Shown here in pieces: positions 10,261 through 20,215 of a stretch of DNA of 42,755 nucleotides. This stretch comes from Methanocellales archaeon (lineage in GTDB: Archaea; Halobacteriota; JAWCLZ01). Positions within the stretch are counted from its first letter, which is position 1, and the number at the start of each line of letters is the position of its first letter. A program made the position numbers and the translations under genes. Under the pieces are notes generated by a model that was not told where the DNA came from, ran no database searches, and saw nothing but the letters and a program-made list of their open reading frames with translations. Where the stretch lies: contig JAWCMA010000002.1 in the NCBI GenBank assembly GCA_038850285.1, positions 67,783 through 110,537 of the forward strand, in the 5' to 3' direction.

Positions 10261-10676
10261 TTGCTTTATAAAAAGATTTCATCTCTCAACTTCAGCGTGC
10301 CAAGTATATGCTTAATTGCAGCGAAAAAGAAAAATGCTGAATTAATTAGTCTATATATCCATCCAATAACATCTTTAGATAAATCTGCTTTAGCTGAGTC
10401 TAGACTATCTCACAAAGAGTTTCGAAAGCTTTTAAGATATACGGAGACTTCGCACTATCTTCAAAAAACTCAAGGAATTGGCTAAAACTGTTAAATTTAG
10501 AGAAATAGTGCGAACATCCATCACCTGCTGATGGAATCGTAGGCGTGCAGTGAAAGAAGGGGCTGATTTGATAGTTATGGGAACAAAAGGAGCAGCGGGA
10601 CGAAAAACTCATTGGAAGCATTGCGGTAGCATAATAAACTAAAATTATCACCAGCGCATGGACAATTGTTCTATGA
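10261..10676 (+). pseudogene. Degraded universal stress protein
   Basis: Fragments in different frames: MLYKKI, AAKKKNAELISLYI, PADGIV, KEGADLIVMGTKG, LIGSIA, with intervening stops and frameshifts. Confidence 0.75.
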
Positions 10677-10745
10677 TTTTATAATTTATAATATAATTTA
10701 AAATTAAATTTTATTATATTTTTTCTTAATCTTTAATTTGAATTT

Positions 10746-11867
10746 CTAAATAATTAAGATCTTGCTTCTTTTCCCAACACTGAGTTCAATTTCCCCATTA
10801 ATCCCAATTTTAGCATAGCAATCTAGGATTTTAATCTTGCTTCCAACCCTAGGTTTGAGCTTCAGAAATTCATCTATTTGCTCCCCCCAGAGAGCAGCCC
10901 TAAGTGCTTCCCCACTTTCATCTTTAATTTTAATATTCCAAACTCTCCCCTTGCTTCCATCGCTCCTAGTAAATTCTCTAGGGAGTTCTATGTTAACGAT
11001 TTCCCCTTGAACATTAAAGCTCTTATTGGCCTCTATCTCGCTAAGCAGAGTTATATTCTCATTGTATTTAACATCAACAGAAACCTTCTGAACTTCACCT
11101 CCTCTTCCCAGATGCAGTTCAATTCTGCCATATTTCTCCTTGGAATAAGCATTCTTGATCTCAATAACATCTCCCACCTTTAAATTCGCTGCCTCAGCGG
11201 CTTGTTCATTCCAGAGAGTGAGATATGCTTTACCTGTTTCATCACCCAAGATTAAACCCGCTACTCTGCCCTCTTTTCCATCTCGCCTTTGAAATGTTTT
11301 TACTGGTGCAATTTCCAAGACCTTGGCAGTTAAATTAACTGCCGCCATTCCTGGTTTTATCTGAGCTATCTTCAGCTTTTCACCCTGCATTTGCTGATTC
11401 AGCTCGAGGACATCAAGCGAGCCATTTCGACCCACGCTCACCTCAATTCCTAGATTGCTTTTCTTAACATAGCCGCTCACTCTTATCCGGCTTCCTACTT
11501 TAAGCTCACCCGTTTTAACGCGATCTGCGTATTCATCCCAGAGGGCAACTTTTATGGAGCCGGTTTCATCCTGCATGATTATATTCACAACTCTGCCAAT
11601 GCTGCCATCCTCGCGATTAAATTCCCTGCCCTCGAAAATGTTCCTCACATACCCAGAGAAGCTAATCCTCCTTTTTTCACAGGTGATCTCAGCTATCTTC
11701 ACAGTATTATCATATCCTAAATCGTGAGCAACCAACAGCGCTGCGGTGATTTCATCGCACAGTCCACCCATTAATTCAATTTTCTCTGCAACGCGCTTGT
11801 TAAATTCCTCTAAAGAAATTCCCTCAAGTTTTTCATAAATCTCAAGCAAGTTCATAGGAAGCTTCAA
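10746..11867 (-). CDS. Replication protein A / ssDNA-binding protein with three OB folds
   Basis: N-terminal MGGLCDEITAALLVAHDLG; three repeats of FxRxDGxxGRV...DETG...LW. Confidence 0.9.
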   Translation of the reverse strand: MKLPMNLLEIYEKLEGISLEEFNKRVAEKIELMGGLCDEITAALLVAHDLGYDNTVKIAEITCEKRRISFSGYVRNIFEGREFNREDGSIGRVVNIIMQDETGSIKVALWDEYADRVKTGELKVGSRIRVSGYVKKSNLGIEVSVGRNGSLDVLELNQQMQGEKLKIAQIKPGMAAVNLTAKVLEIAPVKTFQRRDGKEGRVAGLILGDETGKAYLTLWNEQAAEAANLKVGDVIEIKNAYSKEKYGRIELHLGRGGEVQKVSVDVKYNENITLLSEIEANKSFNVQGEIVNIELPREFTRSDGSKGRVWNIKIKDESGEALRAALWGEQIDEFLKLKPRVGSKIKILDCYAKIGINGEIELSVGKRSKILII

Positions 11868-11944
11868 GGCTCTTTTGGATAATTAAGCTTACCCTCGAAA
11901 AATATTTATCCTTCTTTAATCTAAACCAGAAAAGGGGAAACTAT

Positions 11945-13210
11945 TTGTTTTCAGCTGAAAAATTAAGAGTTATATTCCCAGTTGGAGGGGAGGCAAAGCG
12001 ACTGCGTCCTCTTACTTCTGAGATTTCTAAGGCTTGCGTTCGACTTGTGAATAGACCTTTAATTGAGATCTCCATGGCGAGTTTAGCTAAACAAGGGGTT
12101 CGCAACTTCATCTTCGGTGTAAAGGGGTATGTGAACTATAAAAGCCTGCATGATTATTTTAAAGAAGGCATTGGCTTTTCAGCGCGACATAAAATTGAGC
12201 CAAGGGTGCACATTAAATATGCGCCCAATGAGGATGACGTAGGAAGTGCTGATTGCGTGCGCAGATGCATTGAATATTACAATGTTCAAGAGCCAGTATT
12301 TGGAGTTCAAGGTGATAATATATTTGATATAGACCTTCAGGATTTACTTAACTACCACTGCGAGAAACAAGCTCTCATGACAATTGGACTTACCAATGTA
12401 GAACAGGTTGAGGACTATGGGATAGCAGATGTGGATAAAAACCTGAGGATTAAAAGATTCGTGGAGAAGCCAAAAAAGGAAGAGGCTCCAAGCACTCTTG
12501 CCAATACAGGAATATACCTCTTCAGCCCTCAAATCAGAGAAGTCTTTAAGGAAAAACCTATTAAGGATATGATTCTCAAGAAAAAGCGCCTTGACTTTGG
12601 CATGGATTTCATCCCATATTTAATTGAAACGCAAAGAGAGGTATATGGCTATATCTTGAGGGGCACTTGGTATGATGTTGGCACGCCAAAGCGCTATCTC
12701 GATGCAATGGTTCAAATATTACACGGACACTTGAAGTGCTTGAGCGACTTTGGAGGTAGAATTTCTGAGAAAGAGGATATTTGGATTGAATGCTTGAGTT
12801 TAGAATCGGAGAAGAGGAGAGATGAAATAATTGAGAAGATCCATAAGGGAAAAATAGAAATCGAAGGTCCAGTTTTAATAGGGCGGCACTGTCAAATAGG
12901 CGATGGGGTTAAAATTAAGAGTTCTTGCATTGATAACTTCAGCATAATCGGAGATGGCTGCTATATAGAAAAAGCTGCTATTTTAGATCGAGCTAGAATT
13001 GGTGAATATGCTGAGCTTCAAGAGTGCATCATAGGAAGGCATTCCACATTAAAATCTTCGAAGGCAAAACCTACGAAGATCAAAGCAATAAGCGTACTTG
13101 GCGATGATGTAACGGTGGGAGAGGGCTGTGAAATTATTGCCTCTAAAGTATATCCACATTTAAGCGTTATGAATGGTAAAAAGCTACTCTATGAAGACGT
13201 GGTTTCCTAG
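11945..13210 (+). CDS. Sugar-phosphate nucleotidyltransferase (NDP-sugar synthase) with C-terminal beta-helix
   Basis: GGEAKRLRPLT, QGDN, FVEKP, NTGIY, WYDVGTP, hexapeptide repeats IGRHCQIGDGVKI. Confidence 0.9.
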   Translation: MFSAEKLRVIFPVGGEAKRLRPLTSEISKACVRLVNRPLIEISMASLAKQGVRNFIFGVKGYVNYKSLHDYFKEGIGFSARHKIEPRVHIKYAPNEDDVGSADCVRRCIEYYNVQEPVFGVQGDNIFDIDLQDLLNYHCEKQALMTIGLTNVEQVEDYGIADVDKNLRIKRFVEKPKKEEAPSTLANTGIYLFSPQIREVFKEKPIKDMILKKKRLDFGMDFIPYLIETQREVYGYILRGTWYDVGTPKRYLDAMVQILHGHLKCLSDFGGRISEKEDIWIECLSLESEKRRDEIIEKIHKGKIEIEGPVLIGRHCQIGDGVKIKSSCIDNFSIIGDGCYIEKAAILDRARIGEYAELQECIIGRHSTLKSSKAKPTKIKAISVLGDDVTVGEGCEIIASKVYPHLSVMNGKKLLYEDVVS

Positions 13211-13503
13211 CGTTTCCTTTTCTTCCCCCTTTCCTTTTCCTTTTTCTCCCTATCTAGAAATTTCAGGAATTCAGCTGTTGCATCGCAGCATTTCTGAATT
13301 TGTTCGATGGTGAAGCCCTCGTGTTTGCTGCAGAAAATAGGCGTATCCTCCTTTTCACCCTCAATAAGCCCCGCCCATATCTCTCTAGAGACATCTGAAT
13401 CGCATTCAGCGAGGCAGTCAAATCTCACATTTCCAACTCTTATAATCTTATATTTTCCTTTTTTAAGCTCCAACACCTCAACCTTCAGCTTACGGGAGGG
13501 CAA
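13207..13503 (-). CDS. Hypothetical protein (Cys-containing, basic tail)
   Basis: 98-aa ORF filling the gap between two genes; GAGGA upstream of the TTG start; no recognised motif. Confidence 0.55.
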   Translation of the reverse strand: MPSRKLKVEVLELKKGKYKIIRVGNVRFDCLAECDSDVSREIWAGLIEGEKEDTPIFCSKHEGFTIEQIQKCCDATAEFLKFLDREKKEKERGKKRKR

Positions 13504-13551
13504 TTTTATCCTCGCATGCTCTTTTATAACTATAACTATTTAAATTCATTC

Positions 13552-13592
13552 TTAGAATTAGAAATTAGAAATTAGAAATTAGAAATTAGAAT
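13552..13592 (-). repeat. Heptamer tandem repeat (TTTCTAA)n following the purF stop; U-rich terminator-like
   Basis: + strand ttagaa ttagaaa ttagaaa ttagaaa ttagaaa ttagaat. Confidence 0.85.
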
Positions 13593-15001
13593 TGAGTTAG
13601 CTTCAGCTGCATAGCTCTGCATTTCTCTCCAGGTATTTCAATGGGGTAAACACCAGTTATGCATCCAAGGCATAAATCGTCTGCTGGGATTCCTATGGAT
13701 TTAAGCAGTCCATCTACGCTGATGTAATGCAGAGAATCAGCGCCCATTAAATATTCCACTGCTTCAATTGTTTTATGTGCTGCGATTAATTCTTCCCTAG
13801 TTGCCATATCTATGCCCAAGTAGCAGGGGGAAATGATAGGGGGGCTTCCAACTCGATAGTGCACTTCTCTAGCGCCCCCTTCTTTAAGCATATTTATGAT
13901 CCTGCGTGAAGTGGTGCCTCTGACTATGCTATCATCCACTAAGATAAGTCTTTTATTCTCAATATTCCGGCGGATGGTATTCAGCTTCAATAAAACCGCG
14001 GTTTCACGCATATCTTGAACTGGCATGATGAAAGTCCGCCCAACGTATCGATTTTTCATGAGTGCTTCTACATAAGGTATCCCGGAGTAGCGCGAGTAGC
14101 CAATTGCAAAAGTAGTTCCCGAGTCTGGCACTGGTGCAACTGCATCCGCTTCAACGCTTGCTTCCTTAGCAAGGGTTTCACCTATTCTCAAGCGAACATC
14201 GTAAATCAAGCGACCGTCGATTATGGAATCAGCCCTTGCAAAATACACAAATTCAAAGAAACAGTGGGCTGAGTTTCGGGCTTTGAAAAGCTGGTGGAAC
14301 TCGGGAGGGCTTCCATCGTTTCTTAAAATCACAACCTCGCCTGGTTTTATATCTCTTATGAGTTTGCCCTTTAGCGTGTCTATGGCTACGCTTTCACTTG
14401 CAATAATATAGCCATCAGTGATCTCGCCTATGCAAAGCGGCTTAAAGCCGCAGGGATCCCTGATACCAATTACCATTCCATCTAGGAGTACTGTAATGGA
14501 ATAGGAACCATTTAAACGGCGCATTAAAAAGCGAATGGCCTCTAAGGGTTCACTTGTCTTTATAAGTTCCTTTACTAGGATATGAGCAATAACTTCGGTA
14601 TCTGAACTTGAGAGAAAACCCCTTCCCTCTGCTTCTAATTCTCTGCGGAGTTCCTTTGAGTTAACTAAATTGCCATTGTGAGCTATGGCTAGAGTGCCAT
14701 TTTTATAGTTAACTAACATCGGTTGGGAATTCTCAAATGTTGAAGCACCTGTTGTGGAATAGCGCACATGTCCTATTCCAATGTTGCCCTTCAATTGAGC
14801 TAGGCGAGCTTTATCAAAAACCTCAGGCACAAGCCCCATGCCTTTATGGAAATTCACAGCATTAGAAAAAGTAGCAATACCCGCGCTCTCCTGTCCTCTG
14901 TGCTGCACAGCGTAGAGAGCATAGTATATATTTAACGCAGCTAGGTAGTCGTCTTTGCCCTTGTTAAGGGCAACTCCAACTACTCCGCATTTATCATGCA
15001 A
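13586..15001 (-). CDS. purF: Amidophosphoribosyltransferase
   Basis: N-terminal KCGVVG, QHRGQESAGI, GHVRYST, AHNGNL, VDDSIVRGTT, CLGCITGVYP. Confidence 0.98.
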   Translation of the reverse strand: MHDKCGVVGVALNKGKDDYLAALNIYYALYAVQHRGQESAGIATFSNAVNFHKGMGLVPEVFDKARLAQLKGNIGIGHVRYSTTGASTFENSQPMLVNYKNGTLAIAHNGNLVNSKELRRELEAEGRGFLSSSDTEVIAHILVKELIKTSEPLEAIRFLMRRLNGSYSITVLLDGMVIGIRDPCGFKPLCIGEITDGYIIASESVAIDTLKGKLIRDIKPGEVVILRNDGSPPEFHQLFKARNSAHCFFEFVYFARADSIIDGRLIYDVRLRIGETLAKEASVEADAVAPVPDSGTTFAIGYSRYSGIPYVEALMKNRYVGRTFIMPVQDMRETAVLLKLNTIRRNIENKRLILVDDSIVRGTTSRRIINMLKEGGAREVHYRVGSPPIISPCYLGIDMATREELIAAHKTIEAVEYLMGADSLHYISVDGLLKSIGIPADDLCLGCITGVYPIEIPGEKCRAMQLKLTQF

Positions 15002-15066
15002 ACTTTCACCTTAATTTAAAAATAATTGGCATTGCTACAAATATATTTCTAAAGTGAAAAATAAAC

Positions 15067-15240
15067 CTAGTGAAGGCCTGCCTTATCCTGCCATTCATAG
15101 CTTCTCAAGCGCTTCGATCTCCCAAAACCGCAGGCAGCGCAATAGCGCTTGCTGATGTTATAGGAAAAACTTCCGCAGCGCCTGCATTTACCGTGCACCG
15201 GGGTGTGGCGCTTGCCCTTCGAAGGCGTTCCTTTGCTCAT
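15067..15240 (-). CDS. rpl37e: 50S ribosomal protein L37e (missing from the ORF track)
   Basis: Manual translation [57 protein letters not shown]; conserved position after Lsm. Confidence 0.96.
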   Translation of the reverse strand: MSKGTPSKGKRHTPVHGKCRRCGSFSYNISKRYCAACGFGRSKRLRSYEWQDKAGLH

Positions 15241-15251
15241 CTCATTCCCTC

Positions 15252-15470
15252 CTAAGGTGAGACATAAACAATCGTATCGCCTCTAACCACGATGGTACCG
15301 AGTTTCTTGATCACTTGACCGTTGACTAATTCCTCAGCTTTATCCAACACTAGATTCATATGAGGATCATAGCCTTGAAGTTCGCCTCTAAACTCTCTTC
15401 CCCCTTTGAGTCTAACTATTACAGGCATATTCAATGCAGCATTTAGAATATCAAGAGGCCTCTGAGTCAT
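15252..15470 (-). CDS. Sm-like archaeal protein (Lsm/SmAP1)
   Basis: [25 protein letters not shown]. Confidence 0.96.
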   Translation of the reverse strand: MTQRPLDILNAALNMPVIVRLKGGREFRGELQGYDPHMNLVLDKAEELVNGQVIKKLGTIVVRGDTIVYVSP

Positions 15471-15677
15471 TGCTTTCCTCCATACCTTGTATTTCTTCTA
15501 TATCTCTATATATATCTCTATTCCCATTGGCTTTTATTAAAGCCTTTAAGGGTTTAAATAAGCTTCGCTGAGTTTGGTAAAATAATAAACAATAACAAAC
15601 AATAACAATATCAAAAAAAATTTAAAATAATAGAATTCTAAATTTATATACCTTAAGAGAACTGGAGCGTTGTATGA

Positions 15678-16166
15678 GTGAGAATTAAATCCAGGCATTT
15701 CTTGAGGAATGATGCGGCGAAGAAAATCATAAACCAGTTGGCGAATATCTTCGGCCTAGAATTCGTGAAATTCTTTGAAGGCAAGCAGCTTGAGCTTGCT
15801 GAAACTGATGAGCAAAGTAAATTTATTTTGGTGAACAATGAACCGCTGATTTTCCTAGTAGAAGATCAGCCTTTCCTCACGCTCAAGGGCGCGCTGAAAT
15901 TGAGGCCCAAGAAGAGAAAAGTCGTGATCGACATGGGCGCGGTAAAATTCATCTCCAAGGGCGCAGATATAATGTGTCCAGGGATAGTGGATGCCGATCT
16001 TGATATTCAAAAGGGTGATTTAGTAATCGTTGTAGACGAAGTGCACGGCAAGCCGCTAGCAATTGGGAAGGCTTTAATTTCAGGTGATGAAATGATGAGT
16101 GATAGAGGCAAGGCCATTAAATCGATGCACTACGTGGGCGATAGGATCTGGAGAATGGAGATCTAG
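15678..16166 (+). CDS. PUA-domain RNA-binding protein (DUF1947 + PUA; Tma20/MCT-1-like)
   Basis: VVIDMGAVKFISKGADIMCPGIV, KPLAIG, HYVGD. Confidence 0.92.
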   Translation: MRIKSRHFLRNDAAKKIINQLANIFGLEFVKFFEGKQLELAETDEQSKFILVNNEPLIFLVEDQPFLTLKGALKLRPKKRKVVIDMGAVKFISKGADIMCPGIVDADLDIQKGDLVIVVDEVHGKPLAIGKALISGDEMMSDRGKAIKSMHYVGDRIWRMEI

Positions 16167-16247
16167 ATCAAAATCTGCTTTTTAAGCACAGGAAACTCTA
16201 TCAAGTCCGATTGATAAAAATATTGAACATCAGCGAGCTGCATTAAC

Positions 16248-16787
16248 ATGGCTTGGGCAATTTGGATAACGGGCTTGCCTGGCTGCGGAAAAACTACAAT
16301 TGCAACTAAAACTAGAGAGAGGCTTGAAGAGCAGAGCATAAAGGTTAAAATTCTGCAGCTTGATGAAATTCGAAGAATTTTAACCCCTCAGCCGAAGTAT
16401 ACTGAAGAGGAAAGAGACATAGTTTATGCCTCGCTTGCATATATGGCTAAGCTCTTGACAGAGGCAGGTGTGAATGTGATCATCGATGCAACTGCACATA
16501 GGCAGAGATATAGAGATCTAGCGAGGCAGCTAATTCCCAGCTTTTTAGAAGTTTATATCAGATGCCCGCTTGAGATCTGCATTGAGAGGGAGAAAATAAG
16601 AGTTGCTGAGCATTCACCACGCGATATATACAAAAAAGCACTAGCGCCATTGGCAACTGTACCTGGGGTAAACGTGGTTTACGAGGAGCCGAAGAATGCC
16701 GAGGTAACGATTGACTCCAGCAAGCTCAATGCAGAGGAGGCTGCGAGTAGAATTGTGGATGCAATTTTAGAGAGAAGGTGGATTTGA
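16248..16787 (+). CDS. Adenylyl-sulfate kinase-like P-loop kinase
   Basis: IWITGLPGCGKTT, EVYIRCPLEICIER, PGVNVVYEEP. Confidence 0.8.
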   Translation: MAWAIWITGLPGCGKTTIATKTRERLEEQSIKVKILQLDEIRRILTPQPKYTEEERDIVYASLAYMAKLLTEAGVNVIIDATAHRQRYRDLARQLIPSFLEVYIRCPLEICIEREKIRVAEHSPRDIYKKALAPLATVPGVNVVYEEPKNAEVTIDSSKLNAEEAASRIVDAILERRWI

Positions 16788-17608
16788 GGATGAAGGAAAT
16801 TGAGAAGATGATCGTAGAGATAGCTCAAGAAATTCGAAATCAAGTTAGAGATTATATAAAAGCGGATGAGAGTTTCGGGGAAGAAATTGCACGCCGAGGT
16901 GGTGATGTTACTAGAAAAATGGATTTATTTGCAGAGGAAGCTCTAGAGGAAGCTTTAAGTTCTCGCGGTATATGCGCTAGGATAATCTCCGAAGAACTCG
17001 GGGAGAGAATAGTGCCGGGGGATAAAAAGCCAGAGTGTACTTTAGTTTTTGACCCTGTGGATGGCTCAACTAATGCTTTGCTTGGCATTCCATATTACTG
17101 CGTCTCGCTGGCTTATTCTTCAAAGGTTAAAGATGTTTCATTTAAAGACATAGAGATAGGCGCAATCTGCGATGCAAGTGGCAAAACATATAGCGCAGTT
17201 AAAGGCAAAGGAGCAGCTTTAAATGGAAATAGATTGATCTCGAAAAAGATTCCAAAGCACAAATCAGTGATGGCTATCTATACTTATGGCGCTAGCAAAA
17301 TACCATTGGGGGTGATTGAGCTTGAGAAAAGTGTAATTGTGCGCATCTTCGGTGCAATTGCACTTGATCTCTGCTTGCTGGCAGAGGGCAAACTTGATGC
17401 TGTGATTGAATCTAGGAATTTAATCAGCGCTCACGATGTACTAGCTGCTTGGCTCATACTAAAAGAAGTAGGGGGAGAGATAACTGATTTAAATGGAAGA
17501 GAGCTTGATTTAGAGGTGACAGCGAGAGGTTTCTCTTTAATTGCAACCCTCGAGAAAGAAGTGCGCAGCGAGATATTTGAAAAACTCAAGCTTAAGGGAT
17601 TTGTTTAG
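16778..17608 (+). CDS. Inositol monophosphatase / FBPase family phosphatase
   Basis: DLFAE, ISEE, DPVDGSTN, RIFGAIALDLC, HDVLAA. Confidence 0.9.
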   Translation: MDLRMKEIEKMIVEIAQEIRNQVRDYIKADESFGEEIARRGGDVTRKMDLFAEEALEEALSSRGICARIISEELGERIVPGDKKPECTLVFDPVDGSTNALLGIPYYCVSLAYSSKVKDVSFKDIEIGAICDASGKTYSAVKGKGAALNGNRLISKKIPKHKSVMAIYTYGASKIPLGVIELEKSVIVRIFGAIALDLCLLAEGKLDAVIESRNLISAHDVLAAWLILKEVGGEITDLNGRELDLEVTARGFSLIATLEKEVRSEIFEKLKLKGFV

Positions 17609-18158
17609 CTGAAAAACTTAATAATAATTCTTCAAAGGAATCGAAAACATGTTTCCATTTCTCCTTAGATTCGGTTCTCATCAAAATGGTATTCAGTTCT
17701 GGAAAACTAGCTAGTAGAGCTTTTAAATCTCTGACTTCATTATCCACAAAAAAAGCTTTCCCCGGAGATATATTATAGCTTGTGAGATAATGCCGCACGC
17801 ATTCAGATTTGATATAGCAGCCATAGGAGTTATAAGGCATAATGTACATCCGCTCGCTTTCATATTCATTCTTAGCTTCATAGTGTCTCTTGAAAAATCT
17901 ATCAAGCGCGATCTTTGGATGCTCTAAAATATGGGTAACTATTTTCCAGTGGTTCTCGCAGATTAATACAATTCTCATATTGCTCAACGCTAGAAATTGA
18001 AGGAACTCTCCAGCTCCTAGTGTTGGTATTATAATTCCATTTTCAATACTCCTAGCTAACTGGGCTCTATTCATAGCTGAGGTCAAGCAGTACCTCCCAT
18101 CGCTTCTACGCCAGAGTGTGCCATCGCCATCGAGAAAAGCAACTTTATAATCAGTCAT
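17592..18158 (-). CDS. HAD-superfamily hydrolase
   Basis: Motif I FLDGDGTLW; motif IV-like FFVDNEVRDL. Confidence 0.75.
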   Translation of the reverse strand: MTDYKVAFLDGDGTLWRRSDGRYCLTSAMNRAQLARSIENGIIIPTLGAGEFLQFLALSNMRIVLICENHWKIVTHILEHPKIALDRFFKRHYEAKNEYESERMYIMPYNSYGCYIKSECVRHYLTSYNISPGKAFFVDNEVRDLKALLASFPELNTILMRTESKEKWKHVFDSFEELLLSFSAKQIP

Positions 18159-18182
18159 TTATCTCTAGTTATATCTGCATTA

Positions 18183-18755
18183 TTAAATAGCTTTTTTAGC
18201 TTTTTTAAATAAATAGGAATATCCCCATATAGCAATCAAGCCTAGGATTATTATGATCTTCCTAATTAAGGGTATGCCTGTGATTATATTCCAAACTGCT
18301 TCAACATCGGATTGAGTTTTAGAAATGCCTCCATAAGCAATGCCATCTCGCTGAACATAAACGTGGTCTCTCTGCACCACTAGCGTGGATTTGATCTGGA
18401 GGTATTCCTGAATAGATTTAATTAGAATTGCTCTATCCTCGCAATCCCCCATTCCATTCTTCAATGTCTCAGTGGGAGTGGCCCAATATTCTAAGTTATA
18501 ATAAACATCATAGTCACTTGCATAGGGTATCTTGCTCAGCACATATTCCTCTACTGTGCCATTGCTATTTGCCTTAGCTTCTTCAGCAAGGCTTATTACA
18601 GCTTCATCAAAGGGTGCAATGAGTGATTCTAAGCCATGCTGCGTTCTATTGATCTGCTCTATGGCTAGAGATATATTTGGAAAGAGCACTATTAGCACCA
18701 GTGAAATTGAAAGCACAGCTTTGACTATGATCTCTATGCATTTTATAAACGCCAC
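18183..18755 (-). CDS. Membrane-anchored transglutaminase-like cysteine peptidase
   Basis: N-terminal signal or TM segment, YWATPTETLKNGMGDCEDRAIL, DHVYV, C-terminal TM. Confidence 0.82.
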   Translation of the reverse strand: MAFIKCIEIIVKAVLSISLVLIVLFPNISLAIEQINRTQHGLESLIAPFDEAVISLAEEAKANSNGTVEEYVLSKIPYASDYDVYYNLEYWATPTETLKNGMGDCEDRAILIKSIQEYLQIKSTLVVQRDHVYVQRDGIAYGGISKTQSDVEAVWNIITGIPLIRKIIIILGLIAIWGYSYLFKKAKKAI

Positions 18756-18813
18756 GAGTTTAATTTAGATTGACTTTTAATAAAATTTTTACCTAAGAGC
18801 AATAGATTAATAG

Positions 18814-19317
18814 TTGATGCCTAAGAAATCTCAGGAATCGATGAAAAAAACTAAATCAGAGGAATCCAGGATGATGTCTGAGCACGAGCGATGGCAGTTG
18901 CTCTGCAAGCTTGAAAAAGAGTTAACATTCGCGGGGGTAAGCGTGCCTGAAACTATTGAGATAAAAAATGAGAAGTTTCCTCTTAAGAGCTATATCTTCG
19001 AGATGGTGAAGCGGAAGGGCACAATTTCCAAGGAGGAGCAGGAAGCCGCATATAGCTTGATCGCTGAGTTAAAGCGCAAGAAGAAAGCCTTAATTGAGGA
19101 AATAAAGAAGGCGCCTATAACTCGGGAGAGGGGAAATCAGCTTCTCCAGTTAATATTTGGAATCGATCGCGCCATAGAAATTCTATATCACTTGGATAAA
19201 CCCAAGCCATCGCTTGTGGAGGAGATGAGGAAAGCTAGAGTCGCTGATGAGCGAAGATGGCTAGATTTGATAAAGAAGATCTCCCAAAAAGATCTCTGGG
19301 ACGAGAAATTCCTTTAG
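18814..19317 (+). CDS. Conserved archaeal protein (DUF5788-like); start may lie a few codons downstream
   Basis: ERWQLL...GVSVPETIEI...PLKSYIFE...GIDRAI...RWLDLIK pattern. Confidence 0.65.
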   Translation: MMPKKSQESMKKTKSEESRMMSEHERWQLLCKLEKELTFAGVSVPETIEIKNEKFPLKSYIFEMVKRKGTISKEEQEAAYSLIAELKRKKKALIEEIKKAPITRERGNQLLQLIFGIDRAIEILYHLDKPKPSLVEEMRKARVADERRWLDLIKKISQKDLWDEKFL

Positions 19318-19329
19318 ATCTATTGTTCA

Positions 19330-20139
19330 TTATTGAGAGGTTTTTACCACCATTACTTGGCAAGGTGATTCTGCAACCACTTTATCTGCAACTGCATCCA
19401 GCAAAGCAACATAGTTTCTATCCCTCTCAGTTGACCCGAGCATGATCAAATTATATTTCCCCTCTCTAGCTTCCCTTAGGATCTCTTCACTTGGCGAGCC
19501 AAATAAAACCTTTGCTTGACTCGGCACATTCAATCTCTGAAAGTGAATCCTAGCTCTATTTATTACATTCTCTACACTCCCGCTGGTCTCATTCAAACTC
19601 GCTACATATAACACAGTTGCTCTGCCTCCATGTTTTTTGGCTAGATTGGCAGCTATTTCCGCTGCTTTCTCTGCGTGTTTATATCCGGATGTGGGCACTA
19701 GAATTTGATTGTAAGCCAAACTTACATATTTGCGATAGCTTACCACTGCGACATCGCAGTTGGCGTACCGCAGTACTTCATCCACGATGTTTCCAAACAG
19801 CATGCCCTCAGGTTCTAAACGCTGGCTAGAGCCCATGAGAATTAAATCGCAGCGGTCGATCTTTGCTTCTTTAACTACCACCTCTGGAATGGATCTCGCC
19901 ACTACGATTTTTGGTTTTACCGGGATGCCGTGCTCAATGGCAACTGCCGCTGCTTCCTTCACCAAGTTCCGCGCCCTTTCTAACTTCTCCTCAGCTATGG
20001 TTAGAGGATGAGGCTGAGGCACCTCGATTACGTGCAGCACTGTTAATCGAGCATTTGGGGTTAATAGATCTAATGCTAATTTCACCAGCTCTCTGGCTGT
20101 GAGAATATTGCTCACCGGTATGAGGATATTTTTATACAT
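19330..20139 (-). CDS. Tandem-domain universal stress protein
   Basis: YKNILIPVS, DLILMGS...LFGNIVDEV; second copy ILVPTSG, NLIMLGST...PCQVMVV. Confidence 0.92.
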   Translation of the reverse strand: MYKNILIPVSNILTARELVKLALDLLTPNARLTVLHVIEVPQPHPLTIAEEKLERARNLVKEAAAVAIEHGIPVKPKIVVARSIPEVVVKEAKIDRCDLILMGSSQRLEPEGMLFGNIVDEVLRYANCDVAVVSYRKYVSLAYNQILVPTSGYKHAEKAAEIAANLAKKHGGRATVLYVASLNETSGSVENVINRARIHFQRLNVPSQAKVLFGSPSEEILREAREGKYNLIMLGSTERDRNYVALLDAVADKVVAESPCQVMVVKTSQ

Positions 20140-20215
20140 CTTCAACAATTAATTACAATTACAGTACTTAAATGCTGCGAGCTGCTTAAATGGAGCTGAG
20201 AAAGCTTGGGGTAAA

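Noticed and set aside
15070-15255. + strand 61-aa ORF
   Set aside because: It is the antisense of rpl37e
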